A program made the translations under genes and the position numbers. Under the pieces are notes generated by a model. The model had not been told where the DNA came from and searched no databases. It saw nothing but the letters and a program-made list of their open reading frames with translations. Of a DNA stretch of 32,000 nucleotides, positions 17,312 through 26,095 are shown one piece after another; position 1 is the stretch's first letter; each line of letters starts with the position of its first letter. Where the stretch lies: contig NZ_JAYKGW010000018.1 in assembly GCF_035285525.1 (NCBI RefSeq), positions 30,001 to 62,000 of the forward strand, written 5' to 3'. The stretch is from Okeania sp. Lineage in GTDB: Bacteria > Cyanobacteriota > Cyanobacteriia > Cyanobacteriales > Microcoleaceae.

Positions 17312-17513
17312 TCAGCTATTAGCTGTCAGGTAGCTTCCTCCGGAGGAACTGCGTTAATAACAATAAAAACCTCAACCTGAAGAAGAAGATTTCAACGAAT
17401 AAAGAAAGTGAAAACTCAATTTTTTAGTCAGATAAAATTTCTGATTTATCGGGAACCGTATTATCAAGCCTGAATCAAAAACTAAAAACAAGAGCTGACG
17501 GCTGAATGCTTAT
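17304..17513. mobile_element. Family A MITE (TIR GTAAGCATTCAGC...), copy 1
   Basis: gtaagcattcagctattagctgtcag ... agctgacggctgaatgcttat. Adjacent 8-mers GAACTTTT (17296-17303) and TAACTTTT (17514-17521) match 7/8, consistent with a TSD. Carries the variant 17-nt unit gatttatcgggaaccgt (17443-17459). Confidence 0.8.
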
Positions 17514-17717
17514 TAACTTTTTTGATAGAAAAAACTTCACCATTCAGCTATTAGGATTTACTATTTTCTAGGGAATACTACGGAAACAACTAAAAAAAAT
17601 CAAAAGATTACTAAATTTTGCTGATCACCTTTTTTTTTTGGCGTAATAGTTCACAAGCATAATAGTTAATTCTTTTTAGATCCTACCTAACCGCTGAATG
17701 TTGACAAAAAAACTAGC

Positions 17718-17739
17718 TCTCTATCTCTAGAGATAGAGA
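17718..17739. other. 22-bp perfect palindrome in ORF-free region
   Basis: tctctatctctagagatagaga equals its reverse complement, centred on CTAG. Confidence 0.9.
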
Positions 17740-18103
17740 TTCTATATACACCCCATCAATAATTAAACTATGATTTTTTATCTACTATTATAGCTTATAT
17801 ATATTGATAATGTTGACAACAAAATTTCTGCCTAAATTGACAGAAAAAAATAGATAGAGTAGATTGAAAATTTTGGGGGTATAAAACACAAAAACCTAGT
17901 AAAATAATTTGGTAAATTTACTAGGTTAATCGTACTTTATTTGACTTTATTGAACTGGATTGAAATATTTTCTATACCTCTTTTGTCATATAAATAAGGT
18001 AAGCATTCAGCCCTTACCTTTTTAATAAATGATGTAGCTTGATAGACTATTAAGAGTATGAAAATGTATGTAGAGTTATAAATTTAAGTTAAGTAAATTA
18101 GCC

Positions 18104-18214
18104 AGGACTTAAGCAAAGGCACTATATATATAGAGTCTCAGTCCGTTACGAAGCCCACTTTACATGTCGCGTAGCGAAACGCACCCTACCAATAGCGTTT
18201 ATGGCTTTAGTCCT
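18104..18214. mobile_element. Family E-related MITE-like element
   Basis: aggacttaagcaaaggc ... ggctttagtcct inverted ends. The interior cgcgtagcgaaacgc resembles a segment in 20535-20560. Confidence 0.45.
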
Positions 18215-18439
18215 ATTAGCGTTAAAATTTGTTACATATAGCAATGTGCGCACTTAATATTTACAAATTGCCGGAGGTGTCCAATAGCTAAAAACCTTAT
18301 CTTATAAGCTATTAATTCTTCCTCCATACCTGTTCCCTGTTGCCTTTTCCCTAAAAGCAGCGCTATAACAACAAATTGTAAACTCGATTCAAATCAATTT
18401 GAGGTTGGAACTGGAAGTTAGTTTGCAAAACTTAATATA

Positions 18440-18913
18440 GGGCTTGCTGAAAAAGTATGAGTCGCAAGGGGAGGAACCAGAATCCATAATCCATAAGGGA
18501 ATGAGAATCATAGAAGAAGTAGCCAAAAGAATATTCCCTTAATTTTCTACCCCTTTGTTGCCCAAAATCTGCTCCTAGCATAAACTGGAATTACCTAAAA
18601 GCTGGTACTTTATTATGATCCGCAAAGGCTGAAACCAATGCTCATAAACACTTTGATATTTAATTAGCAAAACTTAATATAGTTAAGGTTTCTTGAAAAA
18701 GTCTTTTTGGGGAGATGGGGAGATAGGGAGATGGGGAGATGGGGAGATGGGGAGATGGGGAGGTGAAGAGTAATTTTTTTGCCCAACTATTATTTATGCG
18801 CCCAAAATGCGCTCCCTTTTGAATATTAGGGACTTAAAAGCTAGTCCTTTTTGCAGTTATAAAATTGCTACAACCTTTATCTGTCAATATTTTAAGATTT
18901 AATCAGCAAGCCC
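18440..18913. mobile_element. Two head-to-tail family C units (about 243 bp each); the second carries a GGGGAGAT octamer array (18709-18763)
   Basis: The junction motif GCAAAACTTAATATAG occurs at 18425-18440 and 18666-18681. Unit 1 starts TA|gggcttgctgaaaaagtatg. Unit 2 starts gttaaggtttcttgaaaaagtct and ends tttaatcagcaagccc|TA. Confidence 0.6.
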
Positions 18914-19289
18914 TAACTATATTTGGTGTAATAGCATAGGCTATAAATATGTGTAAAAAATGGTAAAAAGATTGTATGGAGCGTCTGTATGGCAAATAAT
19001 ATAACTTTTTCTACACGGACATCTTCCCTATGATAGCCATACTAAACTCAAACAAAGTCTGCCTGATCTATAGTGCTATAGTTTTTCACACCCTATCAGG
19101 ACAGAAAAATCAAGAAACAATTATTCCTACTAAATAATTGCCATTTTTCTTAACTGCTGACTCCTGCAAAACTTACAAATTTTTGAAATTTAAACACTAG
19201 ATATTTATAGCGCTATAGTTTTTTGAGCGCTATATTATATTTAGTGTCTCTGTGTAAGTCCTCAAGAATTTTTTAGCCAACCCTATTTA

Positions 19290-19485
19290 GGGTTTGCGCT
19301 TCTTTAGTCTCTTGGTGAGTATAGGCAATGGTTGTAGGTGTTAATTTTTGTGCATTTTTCTTAGTTTGGTGAAGAAAAATCCCGAGTTCTCAAGATTAAT
19401 CTAGTAGTTTCTGGGAATTTTGTGTTACCTGAAACAGCCTTTAAGCTTGATAAGTCAATGCTTTGAGATTCCCATACGCAAGCCC
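19290..19485. mobile_element. Family C MITE, complete copy without STRR cargo (196 bp)
   Basis: TA|gggtttgcgcttc ... cccatacgcaagccc|TA. The right sub-terminal part (gtcaatgctttgagatt) is alignable with 22712-22743. Confidence 0.6.
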
Positions 19486-19546
19486 TATATAAACAGTCTT
19501 AGTAGAAAAAAGTTAGCTCCTGGTTTTTACTTCTCATTTCTAAGTA

Positions 19547-20380
19547 TCATTTTTCCTGATTTTCTAAACTCCGTCGAGTAGCTTCCACAAACTGACTTAC
19601 ACGAATCGGGTCTATGGGTTGTTCTATTTTGCCATGTCGCTTTAGGGAGCTAGACACAATGACCCCATCTGCAGCTGGCATCAAAGTAGAAATATTTTTC
19701 CAGTCTGCACCACTACCGATAAATACTGGGGTGTCCCCTGCTGCTGCACTAGCTAATTTTAAATCTTCCAAACTAGGAGGATTACCAGTAGCACATCCAG
19801 AAAGAATGACCCCATCAGCAAGACCACGTTCAATTGTTTCTTGGACAACAGTCGTTAGATTTGGGGAACCCAAAGGTAGGGCGTGCTTAACTAAAACATC
19901 TGCCAAGATTTTAACGTCACTACCCAGTTCTCGACGATAACGTAAAAGTTGGTGTGCTATACCTTCAATCAATCCTTGGTCTGTGGCCATAACTCCAGTC
20001 AGAACATTCACACGGATAAATTGGGCCTCTACACAGGAAGCGATCGCCATGGCACTATGGCCATCATTCCGCAAAACATTAATCCCTATTGGTAGGGAAA
20101 CTAAGTCCATAATTTTTTGTACCAAGAGAGTCATGGCACTAACTACAGCCGGATCAACTTGGTCTCTAACAAAAGGAGCATCGAAAAAGTTTTCTACTAT
20201 AATGCCATCCACGCCTCCTGATGCAAGGGCTGTGGCTTCTCTTTCTGCTCTGCTAATAATAGCTTGGAGGTCACCTCCCCAAAGGGGTGAGGTGGGCAGA
20301 GGTTGTAAATGTACTACTCCAATAATTGGATTTCTGGTTTTAAATATTTGCTTTAAGTCCACGGGTTTACCTGAAACCAC
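19547..20380 (-). CDS. btpA: BtpA/SgcQ-family protein (photosystem I biogenesis protein BtpA)
   Basis: DLKQIFKTRNPIIGVVHLQPLP...GGVDGIIVENFFDAPF...NVLRND matches the BtpA TIM-barrel family as I remember it. The track start is GTG at 20380. The GTG of VDLKQ (20362) is an alternative. Confidence 0.88.
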   Translation of the reverse strand: MVSGKPVDLKQIFKTRNPIIGVVHLQPLPTSPLWGGDLQAIISRAEREATALASGGVDGIIVENFFDAPFVRDQVDPAVVSAMTLLVQKIMDLVSLPIGINVLRNDGHSAMAIASCVEAQFIRVNVLTGVMATDQGLIEGIAHQLLRYRRELGSDVKILADVLVKHALPLGSPNLTTVVQETIERGLADGVILSGCATGNPPSLEDLKLASAAAGDTPVFIGSGADWKNISTLMPAADGVIVSSSLKRHGKIEQPIDPIRVSQFVEATRRSLENQEK

Positions 20381-20461
20381 AGTTATTCATACTCTGTGAT
20401 TATCCCATTGCAAATGCAGATTTATTCTATTTCCTTTAACCTTTTTGCCAAATCAAGATAG

Positions 20462-20665
20462 GGTATTTTCAGTTATCAGTTATCAGTTAGCCTCCTGGGT
20501 CAGAGCTGCCATTTTTCGTATAGGGAATGGGAGCGCATTTATGCCGCGCAGCGAAATAGTCTCTCTGGCTGGTTGCGGATCATTCGGCAGGGAACTCAGA
20601 GACTTGAAGTAATGAACTTTTATTTTTTTATCCCCTTGAAAGGCTATGCTGTACCCACATATTTA
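20462..20665. mobile_element. Family B MITE-like element (left end GGTA(A)TTTCAGTTATCAGTTATCAGT, right end TTTTTTATCC.CTTGAAAGG...)
   Basis: Ends are alignable with the insertion at 26769-26904 and with 21046-21148. The interior differs. Confidence 0.5.
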
Positions 20666-21045
20666 TTAATATAAAACTTGGGCATTATTGACAAGTTATG
20701 AAAATTTCTTATTTCGGCTTTTTCGGAAGAAAAATCTATAAAAAAACACATTTTTTGGCGATCGCTTAAACTTGTTTTATGTAGCTACTATGATGTTTTC
20801 TTTTTTCTCCTCTGCTTCCTTCTCCAACCTCTGGAATGTGAGTGTGGCACATCCAAATGCCTAATTGTAAAAAACATATCCCTGTAAGTTTCCCCTCCTG
20901 GGAGCTGGGATAATTCTTTGTCGTCAGAGTATATGACAAGTAAATATGATGAGCAAGAAACAAATCAAGTCTGACTTTAATTATAAATTTCTTTATTCTT
21001 AAACAGGATAACCAACTCTGATCAAAAGTGGCATAATCTTCAAAT

Positions 21046-21148
21046 TAGTTATTAGTGGCAACTGCTCAAGTATTCAGATTGAAATACTTACTTAATAGAA
21101 TATTTTTTATCCCATTGAAAGGGAGGCACATACCTCAAATTTTTGGTA
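21046..21148. mobile_element. Family B MITE-like element (short copy)
   Basis: aatattttttatcccattgaaagggaggcacatacctcaaatttttggt aligns with 26862-26904 atattctttttttatcctcttaaaagaggaggcttcatacctaaatttttcggt. Confidence 0.45.
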
Positions 21149-21201
21149 AAAGATTCATCTGAATGCTAATAGCTGAGTGTTTATTAATAATTGTTATAAT
21201 C

Positions 21202-21268
21202 TAAGCATTTGCTGGGGAATACTGCAAAAACAGCTATTGGCTATCAGCTCTTCCTCCGAAATGCTTAC
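21202..21268. repeat. Short family A-derived hairpin immediately upstream of the SGNH hydrolase gene
   Basis: taagcatttgctggggaatactgcaaaaacagctattggctatcagctcttcctccgaaatgctta; ends are inverted (TAAGCATTT / AAATGCTTA). Confidence 0.5.
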
Positions 21269-21296
21269 GTTATAATTTATTAGGAATTTTAGATTA

Positions 21297-22232
21297 GTGA
21301 ACACTCTCTTCATAGTTTCAGAAATCATAATTTGCTTATTAGCGATATTAGAAATAGGATTGCGTTTAGTTGCTGGTTTTGGCAATCCTCTCACTTATAA
21401 TACTGATAGTAAAATTGGTTATCTTTTAAGACCAAATCAAAATGTTACTCGATTTGGAAAACGAGTAAAAATTAATCAGTATTCTATGCGTTCTGAACCA
21501 ATAGAACAGTCAAGAAAAGATAATACTTTGAGAATATTTTTGTTAGGAGATTCTGTGGCTAATGGAAATTGGTGGACAGATCAAGATCACACAATTTCTG
21601 CAATTATAGAGAAGCAATTAAATGAAAAATTAGGTCAAGATAAAATTGTTGAAGTTCTTAATGCTTCAGCTAATTCTTGGGGTCCTAGAAATGAACTTGC
21701 TTATTTAGAAAAGTTTGGTTTGTTTGATTCTCAAATTATAGTATTACTGATTAATACTGATGATTTATTTGCTAAGAAACCAAGTTCTTTAGTGGTAGGA
21801 GTTGATCGAAATTACCCTGATAAAAAACCTATGTTGGCAATAGCTGAAGTGATAAGTCGTTATCTTTTACCAGCGCCAAAAGTTCCCACAATTAATGAAG
21901 GAGGAGATAGAGTTGGTTTCAATTTAGCAGCAATAAAAAAAATCCAGGAAATTACTCATCAAAATAATGCTAAATTTATTTTAGCAATGACTCCTTTACT
22001 TCGAGAATTTGGGGAACCTGGTTCTCGCGATCATGAAGTTAAGGCTCGTCAACGTTTAAAGAACTTTATCCAAGATGAAAATATTCAATATTTAGACTTA
22101 TTACCTATTTTTAAATCTGTATTAAAGTCAAATAGTTTGTATCGAGACCATATTCATTTAAGTCCTGAAGGAAATCAAATTGTTAGTGACGTGATTAGTA
22201 AATCAATTATTAGTGAAGGGAGTAGGGAGTAG
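21297..22232 (+). CDS. SGNH/GDSL-family hydrolase with N-terminal membrane anchor
   Basis: Block I IFLLGDSVANG (GDS), block III-like ANSWG, block V DHIHLSPEG (DxxH). GTG start. The last codons (G)SRE-stop are encoded by the GGGAGTA array. Confidence 0.8.
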   Translation: MNTLFIVSEIIICLLAILEIGLRLVAGFGNPLTYNTDSKIGYLLRPNQNVTRFGKRVKINQYSMRSEPIEQSRKDNTLRIFLLGDSVANGNWWTDQDHTISAIIEKQLNEKLGQDKIVEVLNASANSWGPRNELAYLEKFGLFDSQIIVLLINTDDLFAKKPSSLVVGVDRNYPDKKPMLAIAEVISRYLLPAPKVPTINEGGDRVGFNLAAIKKIQEITHQNNAKFILAMTPLLREFGEPGSRDHEVKARQRLKNFIQDENIQYLDLLPIFKSVLKSNSLYRDHIHLSPEGNQIVSDVISKSIISEGSRE

Positions 22233-22252
22233 GGAGTAGGGAGTAGGGAGTA
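22218..22252. repeat. STRR array GGGAGTA x5
   Basis: gggagtagggagtagggagtagggagtagggagtag. Overlaps the hydrolase stop at 22230-22232. Confidence 0.92.
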
Positions 22253-22402
22253 GTTAGTAATTAAGAGCAATAGGGAGTTATAGAATAAATGATTGTTTCT
22301 AATAGCGCCTTAATTTTTCTGTTTTTAGGGAGTAGTTAATAATTAGGAGGAATAGGGAGTTATAGAGAAGGTAGTTGGAAAAATCATCCCTTAATTTTTC
22401 TG
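22246..22402. repeat. About 82-bp tandem duplication (2 diverged units) within family C-like sequence
   Basis: Units start gggagtagtta(g/a)taatta(a/g)gag(c/g)aatagggagttataga at 22246 and 22328. Both end ccttaatttttctg. Confidence 0.7.
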
Positions 22403-22553
22403 CCTCGCGTTAGCCTAAAATCCTAATTTTTTGATTTTTCGGGAACCGTACTTTCAAGACCTAAAATTTGGCACTTTTTCGACACCTAAAAAAGCTGAAA
22501 TTTTTTCAATATCAAGCTTTCATATTTAATTAGAAAATTCTAATTATTAATTA

Positions 22554-22743
22554 GGGTCTGCTGAAAAAGTCTGATGGTGGAGGTAGGGAGTAGGGAGTAG
22601 GGAGTAGGGAGTAGTGAAGAGTAAAGAGGAATAAGGAGTTCTAGGGAAACTTGCTTTAAGGAGCTAAACCTTGTACTTTTTCCATACCTAAAAAGACTCA
22701 AACTTTAGAATATCAATGCTTTGATAAATAATTCAGCAAGCCC
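22554..22743. mobile_element. Family C MITE, cleanest complete copy (190 bp) with internal GGGAGTA STRR (22583-22614)
   Basis: TA|gggtctgctgaaaaagtctgatggtggag-[gtagggagta x4]-...ccttgtactttttccatacctaaaaag...aataattcagcaagccc|TA. TIR GGG(T/C)(C/T)TGCTGAA. Confidence 0.7.
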
Positions 22744-22810
22744 TAATTATCAACACCCTATGCCCTGTTTCTTCAAGGCTAAAAGTTTGTACTTAACGAG
22801 GATAAAATTG

Positions 22811-23845
22811 CTATAAAATAGAGTTTTTTTCTTGCCAAATATCTAGAATATCTTTGAATAAAGTTTCCTCAATCCAAGTTTTAGCTACTACAGTTAAAGG
22901 CAAAGCTAAAATTAAACCTAAAATTCCAAAAAAAGTAGTAAAGAAAATTTGAGAACCTAAAGTAACAGCAGGTAAAAGAGAGACTTGTTTTGCCATAACA
23001 GTTGGACTTAACCAATAACTTTCCAGGTTCTGAATAATAATGTATAAAATTCCTACTGCAACTATTTTCCAAGGGGCATCTAAAATAGCAATCATTATCG
23101 GAAAAACTACACTCATAGTCGGACCAATATTAGGAATAAAATTGAGTAAACCTGCTAGTAAAGCATGAGTCAAAACTAAATCAATTTGTAATAGAAATAA
23201 ACCAATACCACTACAGGTTGCTACAAACAGAGAGTTAATTACTATTCCACCAAACCAATTACCTAAAGCTACCTCACACTTCGATAAAATTTCATCTGCA
23301 CGTTGTCGATAAAAAGAAGGAAATAAAAGTAATCCTACTCGTCGATAAGCTTCAGCATTAAATAAAAACATGATGGTTAATACAAATACTAAAAGTACTT
23401 GTAAAAAGACGATAAAAGTATTAGAAAAAATCTTAAAAAAGTTGCTGAATAACTGAGTACCAAATTTTTGTGTTTGTACTAACATATCAGTAGCAGTAGG
23501 TGGTGCTGGAAATAGATCGGGTGTTTGTCGATATAACTCCACAAGTTGAGAGCGAAATTCTCTAAATACATCGGGTACTAAAGCAATTAATTTTTGGAAC
23601 TGGCTAATAAAAGGTGGTACAACTAGCAACAAAAATAGCAACATAATTAATGTGGCTAAAGTTAAAGTAGCAATTACAGCTAATTTTCTGTGAATACCCC
23701 ATTTACTAATTTTTTTTACTAATCTATTCAAGGCAGTTGCTAATACTATTGCTGCAAATATTAATAGTACAAGTTGTCTAATTTCCCACAAGATATACAA
23801 GGAAATAAGCAAACTAAAAAAACCTAACCATTTACCAAAATTCAT
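22811..23845 (-). CDS. AI-2E family transporter (PerM/UPF0118 permease)
   Basis: Multi-TM protein with the LLNFIPNIGP motif region. The track ORF reaches 24007, but residues 1-54 translate an AAGTAAT heptamer array (YYLLLIAYYLLLITYYL). I place the start at the ATG of MNFGKWLGFF (23843-23845). Confidence 0.85.
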   Translation of the reverse strand: MNFGKWLGFFSLLISLYILWEIRQLVLLIFAAIVLATALNRLVKKISKWGIHRKLAVIATLTLATLIMLLFLLLVVPPFISQFQKLIALVPDVFREFRSQLVELYRQTPDLFPAPPTATDMLVQTQKFGTQLFSNFFKIFSNTFIVFLQVLLVFVLTIMFLFNAEAYRRVGLLLFPSFYRQRADEILSKCEVALGNWFGGIVINSLFVATCSGIGLFLLQIDLVLTHALLAGLLNFIPNIGPTMSVVFPIMIAILDAPWKIVAVGILYIIIQNLESYWLSPTVMAKQVSLLPAVTLGSQIFFTTFFGILGLILALPLTVVAKTWIEETLFKDILDIWQEKNSIL

Positions 23846-23849
23846 ATTT

Positions 23850-23905
23850 AAGTAATAAGTAATAAGTAATAAGTAATAAGCAATAAGTAATAAGTAATAA
23901 GAAGT
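23850..23905. repeat. STRR-like array AAGTAAT (about 8 units)
   Basis: aagtaataagtaataagtaataagtaataagcaataagtaataagtaataagaagt. Lies directly upstream of the likely AI-2E start. Confidence 0.9.
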
Positions 23906-24119
23906 AAACCGGGCGCATTTAATATTTGCCAAAATACTTTTTTCCTGTTCCCTATTCCCTAAAAGCAATAAATTTTTGGCTTTCTTCGCCCATTGAGATG
24001 CACCCAATAAACCTTTAACAAAAACTCTAACAGAAAAGGAATAAATGATAAAGCTTTATTATTCAAAATTAAATTTTACTACAAAAGCCAATTTTGAACT
24101 TTATATACCATAAGAAATC

Positions 24120-24197
24120 ATTTGCGAAAATAAACTGTAGGGGTTTAGTCTCCAAACCCAAATACCAAAGGAATAGGAAAAAAGTATTTTCGCAAAT
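24120..24197. repeat. Hairpin element with 13-bp perfect arms enclosing a GGGGTTT..CCAAACCC motif
   Basis: atttgcgaaaata ... tattttcgcaaat. The inner gtaggggtttagtctccaaaccc resembles 14127-14183 (ggggtttggtttccaaatccc). Confidence 0.6.
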
Positions 24198-24377
24198 ATT
24201 GAGATGCAGCCAATAATTTAGGATTATTATAGTAAGCTGTTAAGCATTTAAACCACATATTTGTTATGTGCCTAATGAAGAATACAACTCTGATCACTTC
24301 TGATTTATGACTTGCTAATACGCATTTAAAATGCCTATTAGCTTATGGAGATATTCTGAAGAGAATATTCACCAAAG

Positions 24378-24547
24378 GTAAGCATTCAACTATTAGCAAT
24401 AAAAACCTCAAGCTTAAGGAGAATATTTAAACGAATATAAACCTCAAAGCTGGCTTTTGTAATAATTTTCATTTGATAATGAAAAAGCTTTGATAGCTTA
24501 CTAAAAGCACTCTTCTGATAGCTAATAGCTGACGGCTGAATGCTTAC
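24378..24547. mobile_element. Family A MITE, copy 2
   Basis: gtaagcattcaactattagc ... gctgacggctgaatgcttac. Adjacent 8-mers CACCAAAG / CACAAAAG match 7/8. Confidence 0.8.
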
Positions 24548-24714
24548 CACAAAAGTTAAATTTTTAATATAAAATCTGAACTACGTTAACAGTAAATAAT
24601 GAATAATTCTTTTTAAAGTTAAAGGAGCTTGCTGTGGTAGTAACTTTATAATTTTCTCTCAATTTATAAATTGCTTTTACCGAATAATTAATAATTAAAT
24701 AATTAAATAATTTG

Positions 24715-24885
24715 CGGGTTGAAGCCTCCCTTTTAAAAGGGAAAAAGCGGTCGTCAGTGCAGTTTCCCGAAGGGTGAGATTGATGGGTTTCCTAACCATA
24801 TCTAATCTCCCCTTGAGAAATAAATTTTTTCCTTTTATTTAATCCTCTTCCTTTTAGGGAAAGGTAATTATCAATTATTCATTAT
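24715..24885. repeat. Family F dispersed repeat
   Basis: See 2515-2690. Also shares gaagcctccc.tttta and ggtaattat with 28660-28730. Confidence 0.5.
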
Positions 24886-24902
24886 TGAACTTTCCTGCTA
24901 AT

Positions 24903-25096
24903 GTAAGCATTTCCTTTGGAATGCTGGGCAAACAGCTATTAGCTGTGAGCTAACAGCAATTAAAATGCTGTTTTTAAGGGTAGGGTGTAAATGAAAACTT
25001 TAATCTTAAAGAAGCCGACTTTTTTAGTAAAATTTACAGCTTTAACCGGCATCAAAAAATAGCTTATAAGTTGATAGCGAACGGCTGAATGTTTAC
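24903..25096. mobile_element. Family A MITE, copy 3 (subtype with GTAAGCATTTCCTT.GGAATGCTG.GCAAACAGCTATTAGC end)
   Basis: Perfect 8-bp direct repeat CTGCTAAT immediately on both sides (24895-24902 and 25097-25104). The left end matches the reverse complement of 28160-28211. Confidence 0.85.
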
Positions 25097-25155
25097 CTGC
25101 TAATTAATAGCTAAAGGCTTACTTATAAAATGATTAATTCATAATTTTTTGAACT

Positions 25156-26064
25156 ATGATTGAGATTTTATTTTCGGTTGTATCTGCTGTTTTTCCAGTT
25201 GGGTGTATTGTTTTAATTGGTTTTATATTTGGCAAAAACTTTTCCATTGATGAACCTACACTTTCCAAACTATCTTTATATGTATTATTTCCAGCATTAC
25301 TAACAGATATTTTGTATCGCACTACTATTAGTATTGCAGAAGCCATGGAAATATTTATTGCCTTTGGATTAATTTATATTTTGCTATGTTTAATATCTTG
25401 GATAATCGCAAAAAGATTAGGTTTTTCTGTAGCTGCACAAAAAAGTTTAGTAGCTTCCACCGCTTTGTCTAATTCTGGAAATATGGGTCTGTCTGTAACT
25501 TTATTTGCATTAGGAGAACCAGGGTTAGAAAAAGCTGTAATTTATTTAATATCATGGAATTTAATTGTGATGAGTACCATGCCTGCTATTCTCAAAGGAG
25601 GTAGGTTTTGGTCTAGTATTATTTTTACTCTCAAACTGCCTATAATTTGGGGAATGATTTTAGGTTTAATTTTTAATTTATTTAATGTTCAATTACCTTT
25701 GAGATTAGATGATGGTTTACACCTTTTAAAAGAAGCTACAATTCCAGTTGCTTTATTATTGATGGGAATACAAATATCTAATAGTTCTTTTAAACCAGGT
25801 ACTTATGAGTTCGGTGCTAGTTTAATGCGTTTATTAGGAGGAGCATTGGTTGCTTATTTAGTTGGTAAAACTATGAATTTGGCAAGACTTGATTTACAGG
25901 TATTAGTTTTACAAAGTTCGATGCCATCTGCTTTAGCTTCTTTTTTAATGGTTAATGAATTTGGTGGGGATGCGACAAGAACTTCCAAAGTTGTGATAGT
26001 ATCAACATTGTTATCTTTTTTAACTTTGCCTATAATATTATGGGCAATTGGAGCAACATCTTAA
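25156..26064 (+). CDS. AEC-family (auxin efflux carrier-like) membrane transporter
   Basis: About 10 TM segments with a two-halves architecture. N-terminal pattern MIEILFSVVSAVFPVGCIVLIGFIFGK...LSKLSLYVLFPALL is typical of this family as I remember it. Confidence 0.82.
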   Translation: MIEILFSVVSAVFPVGCIVLIGFIFGKNFSIDEPTLSKLSLYVLFPALLTDILYRTTISIAEAMEIFIAFGLIYILLCLISWIIAKRLGFSVAAQKSLVASTALSNSGNMGLSVTLFALGEPGLEKAVIYLISWNLIVMSTMPAILKGGRFWSSIIFTLKLPIIWGMILGLIFNLFNVQLPLRLDDGLHLLKEATIPVALLLMGIQISNSSFKPGTYEFGASLMRLLGGALVAYLVGKTMNLARLDLQVLVLQSSMPSALASFLMVNEFGGDATRTSKVVIVSTLLSFLTLPIILWAIGATS

Positions 26065-26070
26065 AAACAA

Positions 26071-26095
26071 GGAAGAAGGCAGAAGGAAGAGGGAA
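26071..26095. repeat. Short GGAAGAA-type STRR
   Basis: ggaagaaggcagaaggaagagggaa. Begins 7 nt after the AEC stop. Confidence 0.8.

Noticed and set aside
19614-20399. Plus-strand ORFs 19614-19940 and 19983-20399 opposite btpA
   Set aside because: Shadow ORFs of the confidently assigned btpA gene.
20766-21394. Track ORFs 20766-20963 and 21194-21394 (minus)
   Set aside because: They lie in MITE-rich spacer. The second overlaps the SGNH hydrolase start and a family A hairpin. There is no recognisable family or start context.
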